This document shows, one piece after another, positions 1-10,940 of a DNA stretch of 64,000 nt (within the stretch, counting starts at the first letter, position 1; every line of letters begins with the position of its first letter). The position numbers and the translations under genes were made by a program. This stretch comes from Balanoglossus misakiensis (Eukaryota > Animalia > Hemichordata): NCBI GenBank assembly GCA_040954595.2, contig CM082593.2, forward strand, positions 7,848,043 to 7,912,042, in the 5' to 3' direction. Under the pieces are notes generated by a model, which made no database searches, had not been told where the DNA came from, and saw only the letters and a program-made list of their open reading frames with translations.

Positions 1-599
1 TCAGCTGGAGGGGTGGAGGAAAAATGACTAATTTAAATTCTTTCAAGTCCTTTATTATTTTAGGAGTAAATTTGAGAAAACTTGTTCCCCATTAAAAAAA
101 ATCAATAGGGTATTTCTAAAAGCTAGGGAATTCATTCCAAGATCAACTGTTGTCTGGCTAGGGGTCCTAAAGCATGTAATAAGAATACTCTCAACTCTGT
201 CTTTTTGGAGTCTTATCCAAGAAATTAGCAGTTGAATCTACATTAAAAGTTCAGTGGGAGGATTTTCAACAAAACTGAGACTGCTGGTACTCATGTGGAC
301 AGAGTTGGTTTCAGAGAAGCAATTGGAGTCACGGTAGTTCACTGCCTGCACAGCTGAGTCCGATATATAGGCGTGATATCGCAATGTATTACTATTACAA
401 TTCCCAAGAGGGTGGCTGCGTGTACGTAAACTGTATCAAATTCAACGATAAACCACAGTCCCTCGAGGGACTCAAGTTTGCTACAAGTTTGCTATGAAGA
501 TGTTATCAGTATCGATTACAGGTCGTAAGGTCATAAACTGTGACAAGTGAATCTCTTTGTACGCGTACACCCATCAGTTATCAGGAAACAATGTATGTT

Positions 600-720
600 A
601 GCGCCGGCTATTTTTTACACTCAGAGTGCGCCCGTGGTGACCCGCAGTATGCCAGAAAGTGCGCCCGTGGCTTCAGTTTTGGGGACATTGTCGCAAGGGC
701 GCACGCTGGCTGCAACACTG
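600..720 (-). mobile_element. Probable terminus of a hAT-like element truncating the LINE remnant
   Basis: LINE homology stops at 721, where the minus strand begins CAGTGTTGC; subterminal GTGCGCCCGTGG repeats at about 626 and 660; other end not found. Confidence 0.4.
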
Positions 721-1024
721 TGATTGTTCTTCAAACAAAATTTACAGAGCCTTTCATCTGGGGGAATATTTCCGTGGCGACCTTTCTCGATTTCCAGGGC
801 ATGTGAAGAGCAGCGGAATCTGGATAAAGCATTTCTGAATTTAAGAATATGGACACTACTGAGATATGCTTCTGGTTCGAGCATTGATTTGAATGTGTGA
901 TACGTGTGTAACTTTGGAGATGAATGTATTCCTTCATGCCAGATCTGCCTGGCGCAATCTTTAAGTCTCTGTGTAAAGACAGATAAAAACAGACTTGTGG
1001 AACCAACACCCAGGTTCAACCATA

Positions 1025-2471
1025 TGTAGGGCTCACTTCACGGTAATGATCACTGTAAGCGATTACCCAGCAAAAATCTACAGGGGGTAGGGTCGTTGAA
1101 TCCGATTGACATAGTTTGCACTGCAATGTGAGGACAAAAGAGGTACTTATATGGAAATCACACACGACACACATATGATGTAATGTTGAACACTTTGGTA
1201 TATTATCATAAATCTACCAACAATAAAGTGCACTCATGAACTTTACAAACTCTGAAAATCAACACTTATTTGTATTGAAAAAGATACAAATGTCCCCAGT
1301 GTACGATATGCTGTGAAATATCGCGAAGTCAACAGCTGTGACAGTTCCACTGGTACACAGTCCGACAAACGCAGTTGTACTTCAGTCAGGTTTCCACACG
1401 TAGCGGCATTCACATCAGGCACACAGCAAACCTTGGCAGAGGATTCCGGTGTCCGCGAGCCCGCATAACACAAAGGCAATTCTGTATGGCCAACACACAG
1501 CAGTCTATGGCTTCTCGAAATTACTGAATAATTCCTCTTCAGAATCAATGTGTTCTATACGCTGGAAATACTGAACCATCTCAGCACTCGGCGAGTGTCC
1601 TGAACTGTTGTATCACTCAATAACTCTAACACGAACGGCTATATAAACTGAGACCCGTAACGTTCTGTCTCAGTGACTGTCAAAAGTTTAGCATGAAGCC
1701 AAAGTTCCAACTACGAGAATTCCCTCACCGTGACTCTATCATGAGCATGGATCGCCTCCACACGAACAAGTCTCACCGTAAAAGATCGACAATGTCTCTG
1801 CACCCAGTGACGGCTGTTGACAATAGTTCCGTCGATAAATATACGTGATCACAGCTGGAGTCGCTGTTAGTATTACTAACAGTACAGCAGCTCCCTCGGT
1901 CGGCCACGTGATATTTCCTACCTCAGAGTCAGTTCGATGTAATACCAAAAGTCAGCTCTGAATCCTCGCTAAACTCAGTCCGCCAGATCGCTGAATGTGT
2001 CTAACAGGATATCATCTCTGGAATACGGTTCACAACACCTTTGTTGAGCGGCGATCCATCTTTTGCTCAAAAGAAAGTCACGATGATGAACTTTCTCGAA
2101 CTTTTACTCCATTTTTCTTCTCTCCTTCACTTTCTGAACAAATTACTCCGCATAGCACAAGCTAGCGTAAAAAAGAGTTTAAATCACGAGTCAACTATAA
2201 ATGCAGTAGACCCAAAACGTGCGTTTACGTCCGAGCGGGTAAAACGAGGTCAAAAGCAATGAATGATTCAAATGTCTGTACTGAAAAGACTCGCGTAAAG
2301 TGCGCTATTTTCTGAATAGGCGGAACAATACATGTCGAACGGATGGCGTTCCTCCGTCTTAAACGTGACATGTACTATAAGAAATACAACAACAAATTAA
2401 AGTAGTGACGTACACTATAAAATAACAGCAGACTATAATAATCAGGTGATGCCAAAACACACCTGGTTACA
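1025..2471 (-). repeat. 3' LTR of the Gypsy element
   Basis: Direct repeat of 9342-10788; one difference noticed (G2248 vs C10565); preceded on the minus strand by the PPT. Confidence 0.97.
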
Positions 2472-2480
2472 CCCTCCCCC
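2472..2480 (-). promoter_or_regulatory. Polypurine tract
   Basis: Minus strand GGGGGAGGG directly abutting the 3' LTR. Confidence 0.85.
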
Positions 2481-3200
2481 GGTTCGAGAAAGGTTGTCCC
2501 AACCGAAAACAGTCGACAAACGACATAGCGTAAGTGACGCTTACCAGCCGCACTGACTGAGCTCTATTTTTATGACATGCAGGAATGTATGAACAATACA
2601 GGTGTGTCAAATTGCTAACCATCTAGAATACAAGGTCATAGGGCCCATCTAGAAACATGCAAATGACTGCGCTGAATTTATGGCAAACCCACAATACAGT
2701 GACAGGGTCTCTACTGAGTAAAGGCACAGGATTCTCTTTTTCGAAATTTCCCAGAATTCACCCACAGTTTGTAGGACTCCCAGGGCAAGAAATCAGCCTA
2801 ACCCAGTGATATACCCAACATCTGAAAAGACGTCGCTGAGGTTAATGTTCTCCCCTGACGAAATAGCAATTTTAACAGTAGGAAAACTGGCGTAAGGTCA
2901 TCTCCATGGTAGACGATTACCACAAATCACGAGCACCACCATATACAGTCCCTCCTGCGGTATACGTAACAGTCTTTGTCAAGAAAGCTCAATCATGAGG
3001 ACAGATAATTCTTCTATCAGCAATACTTGCACCTAACATCTAGTGATCCAACCAGCTGCATGCCCGATCGCTCCCAGAAACACAGCTATCAATCCAGGTT
3101 CTCGATCTGATATAGGGCTATATATTGGCTGATCTATGATGATGGTCTGGTGAAGTTTCTATAGAATGTCACTCTAGGCAATACAGGATCCAACCGAGTA

Positions 3201-6200
3201 TTACTGCAGCTCAGACCTAATTTCTCTGATAAGGAATGCCTTGAGTTCTTCCCATCGGTCTGTAGATGCACGAATCACATCTGACTCTCTGAAGTGGTCA
3301 GTTTTCTCTTCGTCTCCAACAGTCACTCGGCACCATCCATACCGCTGAGGCGGTCTAACTGTTCTTTTCGATCGTCGGAGGGTTGGCGCTTCAGACTCTT
3401 CTTCTGACATGGAAGATTCTATCTCTAGGCGATCTAGTGAGACAAATTCCGAATCTTCATCCTTGGATACTTCATGTGGTGATGAAAATGAGTTACAGGA
3501 ATCCCCCGGCTGATGATAAGTCTCATCCACCGAGTCTACACTGTCTGGCATTTCTTCAGGTGTTCCCATCGATCTGTCTCCCGAAACTGGAATACAGGTT
3601 TCACCGATAGCACTCGGAACATCCGGCATCCTTTGTGGTACAAGTGTCTGGCTGGAATCCTCATCCGATTCGCCCTTCTTGGGTTCAAATGGTAAACTCA
3701 AGGGATTCAGCCTCACATCATACTCGTCACTGCTGGATTCACTGTCATACTGAACAGTTGACTCATTCTGTAGCAGCTTCTTTCTTTGTTTGATAGGTTT
3801 CTGAACGACACCAGGCTCTTCTGCTGGAAGGTTGTGACAAATACGTAGCAAGTTACGGTGCAAGGTCCGCTTCTTTTTGCTGGATTCACCCTGCACAATG
3901 TAAACAGGTATGTTTTCATCGGGTCTTCCCACTATGACGTAGGGTTCTGCTTCCCATCGGTCAGCAATTTTGATTTTACCACGAAGGTTGACGTTTCTCA
4001 CAAGAACTCTGTCTCCCTTGTTCAGAACAGCATCATGTACTCGTCTATCATACCGTTGCTTGTTGTCGTCTGCGCGTCTGGAAGCGGCTTTCGTTGCCTG
4101 CTCATAAGCGAAGTCAAGGCGCTCACGCAGATCATGAACATATGATTTCGAGGATTGTAGTGAGCAATCTTCTGGTTGTACACCTAGGTAGACATCCATA
4201 GGCAAGCGAGGGTGTCTTCCGAACATCAGATAGTATGGCGAGAATCCTGTACTATCATGTCGCGTACAGTTGTAGGCGTGTACTAACGGAGCAACGTAGT
4301 CTTTCCAGTTGACCTTTTTCTCATTGTTGAGCGTACCTAGCATCTCCAGAAGGGTGCGGTTGAATCTCTCACAAACTCCGTTGCCCTGCGGGTGGTAGGG
4401 GGTGGTTCGCGACTTCTCAATGCCTGTCACCTTGCATAGTTCTCTGATAACTCGACCTTCAAAATTCCGACCCTGGTCAGAGTGCAGTCTGCGTGGGAAT
4501 CCGTAGTGTACCATAAAACCCTCAAACAGGTGTTTTGCCGTAGTCTTCGCTGTTTGATTGCGTGTGGGTATCGCAACAGAGTACTTGGTAAAGTGATCTG
4601 TTATCACAAGGATGTCTTTGATGCCACCCTTGGATTCCTCTAAAGACAAAAAGTCCATGCAGACCAATTCTAAAGGCTGACTTGTAGATATGTTCACCAG
4701 TGGGGCTCTAGTCTTGAGTCCGGCTGGATTTTTCCGTCTGGTACACCTGTCACAGGTGAGGATTCTGTCCTTGACGTCCTTCAACATCTGCGGCCAATAG
4801 AATCTCTGGCGTAGAATGTCGAGAGTGCGCTCCTCTCCTAAGTGTCCAGTCTCATCATGGGCTCCAGACAACGCAACCTTGCGTTGGGCCTTGGGTAGAA
4901 CTAGCTGATAGTATTTCTGACCATCCACACCAGCCCGTACGCGGTATAACACGCCGTTTTTGAAATAAAGCCTATCCCACTCTCTCAAAGCAAGGCGTAC
5001 TTCGAGGTCCTCCTGCTTCCTTTCCTGTTTGGTAGGGGGGTGTCCTCGCTCTTTGAAGTATTTCAAGCGGCTGACGAAGTGATCTTCCTTCTGTAGGCCA
5101 ATCCAATCATCTCTCGTCAGTGTGGGTAATGAAGACTGATCTGGACTCCTCGGTGGATCGTCCAGCGTCGAAGGAACAGCTGTAGCCGATGCTGCTATTG
5201 CCTCGATCCATGGGGTGTGTCGCTTCAGGCAGGACTGTCCCACAGCTCTGACCTCGTCAGCTCCCAACCTAATCATGTCATCAGTCTTCGCTGTTTTCGT
5301 CGAATCTGTGCCCGAACTCCTCGGTCTTCTGGACAGACCGTCGGCGTCACAATTCCGGTTGCCTGGTTTATAGTTCAAACTGAGGTTATAATTCGACAAA
5401 GCAGCCAGCCACCTGTGGCCCGTGGCATCAAGCTTTGAAGACGTCAGCACATATGTAAGGGGGTTGTTATCCGTCATCACCTCCACATGATTACCTGCCA
5501 CATAATCGTGAAATTTTTCCGTGACCGCCCACTTCAAGGCCAAGTACTCCAACTTATGAGCCGGATAGTTTCTCTCACTTCTGGATAACCCACGGCTGGC
5601 GTAAGCTACCGGTCTCATGACTTGTTTCCCGTTGACTGTATCAGCCTGGTACAGTGCTGCTCCTAATCCCAAGAGACTCGCATCAGTGTGCAGCTCGAAT
5701 GGACGACTGTAGTCTGGGTAAGCTAGTATCGGCGATGTAGTCAACTTCTCGATGATAGTGCTGAATGCCTGACGACACTCTGGCGTCCAGATGTACGGAG
5801 GGGGTTTCTTCCCTGCATCTGTCTTGACTCCTTTCTTCTTTTTCAGTGGCTGACCTACTGTGAGTTCATTCAATGGTCTCGCGATAGCTGAATAACCTGG
5901 GACGAATCGCCTATAATATCCCGCGAAGCCAAGGAAAGTCCTCAACTCTCTGACATTTTGTGGTTCAGGCCACTTCTTGAGGGCATCAGTCTTTTCCGGG
6001 TCCGTCTCTACTCCATTCTCAGAAACGATGTGACCAAGATACTTGACACGGCTCCTGAACAACTGGCATTTTGTGTGCTTGATCTTCAAACCAAAGTCAC
6101 GTAGTCTTCGAAACACTTTTTCAAGTCGATCCAAATGTTCTGCAAAAGTGTTGGAGAACACTATGATATCGTCTAAATATGCCAGACATATCTTCATGTT

Positions 6201-9116
6201 GTAGTCACCGAGACACTGTTCTATCGCCCTCTGGAACGTCGCACCAGCACACTTCAGACCCATCGGCATGGAAACACACTCATAAAATCCGAGAGGGGTC
6301 GTAAAAGCGGTCTTCTGAACATCCTTCTCGGCCATGGCTATCTGCCAATATCCACTCTTGAGATCAATAGATGTGAACCAGCGTGAACCTTTCAATATAT
6401 CTAGCCCCTCCTCTATTCGCGGAATAGGGTAAGAATCGCGAACGGTCACATTGTTCAACTTGCGGTAATCAATGCAGAGTCTAATTCGTCCATCTTTCTT
6501 CTGTACGAGTACCACTGGCGAGGCCCATGGACTCTTGGACTCTCGTATTATACCACTATCCAACATGTCCTTGAGAAGTAGTCTGATTTCGTCATAATGT
6601 GCAGGCGGGATCCTACGGTACGGTTGACGTATAGGCTCCGGATCAGTCAAGCGAATCTCATGTTTCACCACAGTGCATCGACCGAAATCATTTTCCTTTT
6701 TGGAGAAAACTTCAGTGTTACGATCAAACATGTCTCTGACCTGATACATCTGTTCCCTGGTTACAACGGAGTCACTCATATCGAAGTCTAAACCACCGCT
6801 GGTCATCACTCGACGCTCTGGTTTTGTGTTACTGTCTTGCTGTAATCCCGTGTCTGGAATGCTTTTTGAGTCAACACGCTGTACGGCTCTGGCATACCCA
6901 ACCACATCTCCGGACCGGATCACAACGGGATCCGGAGATTCATTGTGTATCATCAATGGTACTTTCGATCTTTTTCGTCCACACTCGACAGTGACTACCA
7001 TGGGATCAATCATCCATCCACCAGATTCACTCCATTTGCCCTCTGGTTCGACTGTGATATCGACTCTGTCTCCTGGGGGACCTGGTTTCATCCTTCCAGT
7101 CACCCAAGCTGAACGATGAGGTTGGATGGTGAGGGGTGTTTCCATCGAAGTACGGACTGTTCCTAAACTCCCTGTCTTGCCAATGAACCTCTCTCTGGCA
7201 TGTAGAGTTTGCAAGACATTGCGACCCACAGCAGTGATTCTGCAGCTTTTACCGCTTTTGGCGTTCCCGAGCTGGCTTGCACTCTTTCTATACAAGTTCA
7301 ACCAGTTGGTCCCTGCAGTGATGGGTACTCTGTGGTTATATGTGTTGTCGGGTACAACCAGCGCTAGGATCCATTTTTCCTCAGCATCTCCAAATACCTG
7401 GGTAGGAAATGAAACTTTGATTTCAACGACTCCCAAGTAATGTAGGATATCATCGGTTGCACCTCTGATTTCTAGAAGGTCATCCAAGGGGGTGAATGGT
7501 AATGACTCCAGGCTCTCTTTCCAGAATGTTTTGCTGACAGTGGTTACTTGCGAGCCGGTGTCCACCAAACACTTGCAAGTTACTCCATCCACTTTGGCTG
7601 TTTCTTCGTTCAATGGGCCTAAAACAGTGCCATCTATAGGTCTGGAATGTTTCTTCCGTCTGTGACATTTCCCACGGCGAGGTTTGGTCTGTCCTGTATG
7701 CTGTCTCACCTGAGTAGTGTCTTCCTTCCTTCTTGGCTTTACGTCACCACCCTTTGCAGTCGTCTGGTCACTACTATCGTGTCGACGGGCATTAGAAGAT
7801 TCACTTCTCGGTGCGCTGCAGTCTCTCGCTCTGTGGCCTGCTTCACCGCAGTTATAGCAGTTGAACGGTTTCTTGCCCTTGGTGTTGCTGGCCTTCTGGT
7901 TGGGCTTGTTTGACTCTGAAAGTTTGGTTTTCACTGCAGACAAATCTCTCCGAGCTTTATCTAACTTCCTCCGCTCTTCGCTGAGTTCTCTGCGCAAAAC
8001 ATCTGCTTCACTCCGACCTGTTTCTGGGCGCAAACCTTCATCTTCTCGTACGGACAGTCTTGTGTTCAGATCACCCAACGACCGTTGCAAAGACTCTATC
8101 ACCTCCCGATCAGCCTGGCGTTGCTCTTGCATCAACTGTAATGCCTTCGCCATCTGTCCTATCATCCCCACGTCCACCGACCTCTGACCGTGAACGGCGA
8201 TGTCATGTTCTGTATCAGAATCATCCTCAGGGTTGGTGGACTGATGTGCTCTACCAGCAGGTGTGCGCTTCGATCGGCGGTGGTGATCTTCCCTATCCCG
8301 TATCTCCTGTTCTGCATTTCTAGCAACTCTAAACAGCTGGAGATATGTCTCACATCGATGAAGTTCATGTCTGGTGATGTCAGAAACCCTCTCATCTTTG
8401 AGCCCTTTGAAGAAGGTTTCTCTCAGCATACCGTCTAAGGCATCTCTACTCACGGCACCTCGAACGCGAGCTGCGTGTATCAAATGTTCGAGACGGGGAC
8501 CGTATGCAGCTACCGGTTCATTTTCTTCATGACTGCAATTGTAAAACTTGCGAAGTAGCGACTGTCCAGTCTCTACCTGGCCATAGATACTTTCGAGCTT
8601 TTCAAGTATTTCAGGTATTGTGGCATTTTCCAAATACAGTACGGCAGCACGTGCTTCACCTTTCAAAGATTTCTCAACAGCCTGAGCTAGTACTCTGTCG
8701 TCATAAGTACCAGACCCGAGCATGCGTTCGACTTCACACTTCCAAACTTCAAAGCTTGTACCGTCTTTACTTTTTGTTTCTCCAGTGAAAGGGGTAACAC
8801 GTGGGAGGTGAAAAGCATGTGGGCTGAACTGGTGAAAGGCTGACTCTCCCCTATCTATAAACGGTGTGCTCCCCCTTAATGGTGTTTGGGTTCCCCAATC
8901 ACTCTTTGTTTTTGTTTCATGACTGTGTCCAGGATCCCCTATGCGTTCATCCTTTCTAGCCCCCGCTAGGGACATGGCCAATCTTTCGCTCATACTAATA
9001 CTTCTACGGGGTACAGTATTTTGGGCCAATTTGGAATCCAATGAAATCCTGACTGAATCAGGATACCCACTATCCCCTTTGGAATTTGAAGGCAGGAAAC
9101 CTTTTGGTCTTTCCAT
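3201..9116 (-). CDS. Gypsy gag-pol polyprotein, 1971 aa (capsid, CCHC knuckle, protease, RT, RNase H, integrase)
   Basis: CYNCGEAGHRARDC (7818-7859); LVDTGS (about 7554-7562); YLDD (6168-6179); RNase H LHTDAS / TDNNPL / DADGLSR; integrase HDETGH...CDRC, MDF / HSDQG / CERFNR; GPY/F-like WEAEPY. Confidence 0.98.
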   Translation of the reverse strand: MERPKGFLPSNSKGDSGYPDSVRISLDSKLAQNTVPRRSISMSERLAMSLAGARKDERIGDPGHSHETKTKSDWGTQTPLRGSTPFIDRGESAFHQFSPHAFHLPRVTPFTGETKSKDGTSFEVWKCEVERMLGSGTYDDRVLAQAVEKSLKGEARAAVLYLENATIPEILEKLESIYGQVETGQSLLRKFYNCSHEENEPVAAYGPRLEHLIHAARVRGAVSRDALDGMLRETFFKGLKDERVSDITRHELHRCETYLQLFRVARNAEQEIRDREDHHRRSKRTPAGRAHQSTNPEDDSDTEHDIAVHGQRSVDVGMIGQMAKALQLMQEQRQADREVIESLQRSLGDLNTRLSVREDEGLRPETGRSEADVLRRELSEERRKLDKARRDLSAVKTKLSESNKPNQKASNTKGKKPFNCYNCGEAGHRARDCSAPRSESSNARRHDSSDQTTAKGGDVKPRRKEDTTQVRQHTGQTKPRRGKCHRRKKHSRPIDGTVLGPLNEETAKVDGVTCKCLVDTGSQVTTVSKTFWKESLESLPFTPLDDLLEIRGATDDILHYLGVVEIKVSFPTQVFGDAEEKWILALVVPDNTYNHRVPITAGTNWLNLYRKSASQLGNAKSGKSCRITAVGRNVLQTLHARERFIGKTGSLGTVRTSMETPLTIQPHRSAWVTGRMKPGPPGDRVDITVEPEGKWSESGGWMIDPMVVTVECGRKRSKVPLMIHNESPDPVVIRSGDVVGYARAVQRVDSKSIPDTGLQQDSNTKPERRVMTSGGLDFDMSDSVVTREQMYQVRDMFDRNTEVFSKKENDFGRCTVVKHEIRLTDPEPIRQPYRRIPPAHYDEIRLLLKDMLDSGIIRESKSPWASPVVLVQKKDGRIRLCIDYRKLNNVTVRDSYPIPRIEEGLDILKGSRWFTSIDLKSGYWQIAMAEKDVQKTAFTTPLGFYECVSMPMGLKCAGATFQRAIEQCLGDYNMKICLAYLDDIIVFSNTFAEHLDRLEKVFRRLRDFGLKIKHTKCQLFRSRVKYLGHIVSENGVETDPEKTDALKKWPEPQNVRELRTFLGFAGYYRRFVPGYSAIARPLNELTVGQPLKKKKGVKTDAGKKPPPYIWTPECRQAFSTIIEKLTTSPILAYPDYSRPFELHTDASLLGLGAALYQADTVNGKQVMRPVAYASRGLSRSERNYPAHKLEYLALKWAVTEKFHDYVAGNHVEVMTDNNPLTYVLTSSKLDATGHRWLAALSNYNLSLNYKPGNRNCDADGLSRRPRSSGTDSTKTAKTDDMIRLGADEVRAVGQSCLKRHTPWIEAIAASATAVPSTLDDPPRSPDQSSLPTLTRDDWIGLQKEDHFVSRLKYFKERGHPPTKQERKQEDLEVRLALREWDRLYFKNGVLYRVRAGVDGQKYYQLVLPKAQRKVALSGAHDETGHLGEERTLDILRQRFYWPQMLKDVKDRILTCDRCTRRKNPAGLKTRAPLVNISTSQPLELVCMDFLSLEESKGGIKDILVITDHFTKYSVAIPTRNQTAKTTAKHLFEGFMVHYGFPRRLHSDQGRNFEGRVIRELCKVTGIEKSRTTPYHPQGNGVCERFNRTLLEMLGTLNNEKKVNWKDYVAPLVHAYNCTRHDSTGFSPYYLMFGRHPRLPMDVYLGVQPEDCSLQSSKSYVHDLRERLDFAYEQATKAASRRADDNKQRYDRRVHDAVLNKGDRVLVRNVNLRGKIKIADRWEAEPYVIVGRPDENIPVYIVQGESSKKKRTLHRNLLRICHNLPAEEPGVVQKPIKQRKKLLQNESTVQYDSESSSDEYDVRLNPLSLPFEPKKGESDEDSSQTLVPQRMPDVPSAIGETCIPVSGDRSMGTPEEMPDSVDSVDETYHQPGDSCNSFSSPHEVSKDEDSEFVSLDRLEIESSMSEEESEAPTLRRSKRTVRPPQRYGWCRVTVGDEEKTDHFRESDVIRASTDRWEELKAFLIREIRSELQ

Positions 9117-9327
9117 AATGATTCACTGATCCAAATATGCGTGACGCAAAATAATCACCTATACGTATGAGCTCAGTCAGCACAGCATACAAACACACTG
9201 TACTATCACATAAAACATAAATGCTTTGTATGTATGATAATGTCTGATTTCCAATGTACAAGTGTCCTCTTGTATGATGCAAACCGTCAATACACTACAC
9301 TAGTATCAAATTCAATTAGCCTAAACA

Positions 9328-9338
9328 GTTGGGCGCCA
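9328..9338 (-). promoter_or_regulatory. Primer binding site, tRNA-Lys(CUU)-like
   Basis: Minus strand TGGCGCCCAAC, 3 nt inside the 5' LTR; matches the first 11 nt of the canonical Lys1,2 PBS TGGCGCCCAACGTGGGGC. Confidence 0.85.
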
Positions 9339-9341
9339 TTT

Positions 9342-10788
9342 TGTAGGGCTCACTTCACGGTAATGATCACTGTAAGCGATTACCCAGCAAAAATCTACAG
9401 GGGGTAGGGTCGTTGAATCCGATTGACATAGTTTGCACTGCAATGTGAGGACAAAAGAGGTACTTATATGGAAATCACACACGACACACATATGATGTAA
9501 TGTTGAACACTTTGGTATATTATCATAAATCTACCAACAATAAAGTGCACTCATGAACTTTACAAACTCTGAAAATCAACACTTATTTGTATTGAAAAAG
9601 ATACAAATGTCCCCAGTGTACGATATGCTGTGAAATATCGCGAAGTCAACAGCTGTGACAGTTCCACTGGTACACAGTCCGACAAACGCAGTTGTACTTC
9701 AGTCAGGTTTCCACACGTAGCGGCATTCACATCAGGCACACAGCAAACCTTGGCAGAGGATTCCGGTGTCCGCGAGCCCGCATAACACAAAGGCAATTCT
9801 GTATGGCCAACACACAGCAGTCTATGGCTTCTCGAAATTACTGAATAATTCCTCTTCAGAATCAATGTGTTCTATACGCTGGAAATACTGAACCATCTCA
9901 GCACTCGGCGAGTGTCCTGAACTGTTGTATCACTCAATAACTCTAACACGAACGGCTATATAAACTGAGACCCGTAACGTTCTGTCTCAGTGACTGTCAA
10001 AAGTTTAGCATGAAGCCAAAGTTCCAACTACGAGAATTCCCTCACCGTGACTCTATCATGAGCATGGATCGCCTCCACACGAACAAGTCTCACCGTAAAA
10101 GATCGACAATGTCTCTGCACCCAGTGACGGCTGTTGACAATAGTTCCGTCGATAAATATACGTGATCACAGCTGGAGTCGCTGTTAGTATTACTAACAGT
10201 ACAGCAGCTCCCTCGGTCGGCCACGTGATATTTCCTACCTCAGAGTCAGTTCGATGTAATACCAAAAGTCAGCTCTGAATCCTCGCTAAACTCAGTCCGC
10301 CAGATCGCTGAATGTGTCTAACAGGATATCATCTCTGGAATACGGTTCACAACACCTTTGTTGAGCGGCGATCCATCTTTTGCTCAAAAGAAAGTCACGA
10401 TGATGAACTTTCTCGAACTTTTACTCCATTTTTCTTCTCTCCTTCACTTTCTGAACAAATTACTCCGCATAGCACAAGCTAGCGTAAAAAAGAGTTTAAA
10501 TCACGAGTCAACTATAAATGCAGTAGACCCAAAACGTGCGTTTACGTCCGAGCGGGTAAAACGACGTCAAAAGCAATGAATGATTCAAATGTCTGTACTG
10601 AAAAGACTCGCGTAAAGTGCGCTATTTTCTGAATAGGCGGAACAATACATGTCGAACGGATGGCGTTCCTCCGTCTTAAACGTGACATGTACTATAAGAA
10701 ATACAACAACAAATTAAAGTAGTGACGTACACTATAAAATAACAGCAGACTATAATAATCAGGTGATGCCAAAACACACCTGGTTACA
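9342..10788 (-). repeat. 5' LTR of the Gypsy element
   Basis: Direct repeat of 1025-2471; followed on the minus strand by the PBS. Confidence 0.97.
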
Positions 10789-10940
10789 CATACATGGCTA
10801 AATCCAAATTGACAAAGTAAGGTTTTGATATTAAAGGCCCAGTTAATTGATGTTATATGACCACGTTCTTCGGATAATCTACACAACATTACATAGCATT
10901 TATAAGGATATCTGCTAGAGTCCATCTGCAAAATCTTTAA

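Larger units (their letters stand above)
1025..10788 (-). mobile_element. Full-length Ty3/Gypsy LTR retrotransposon, apparently intact and very recent
   Basis: Two 1447-bp direct repeats (offset 8317) with TG...CA ends; 4-bp TSD CATA at 1021-1024 and 10789-10792; PBS, PPT and an uninterrupted gag-pol ORF in PR-RT-RH-IN order. Confidence 0.98.

Noticed and set aside
1243-2262. Duplicated ORFs of 101, 69 and 73 aa (again at 9560-10579)
   Set aside because: They recur only because they lie in the LTRs; no recognisable domains, and mostly non-ATG starts.
2481-3200. Possible env or accessory gene in the Gypsy 3' region
   Set aside because: No ORF of 60 aa or more in the track.
3383-9129. Many antisense or alternate-frame ORFs over gag-pol
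   Set aside because: Shadow ORFs of a long coding region, with no motifs.
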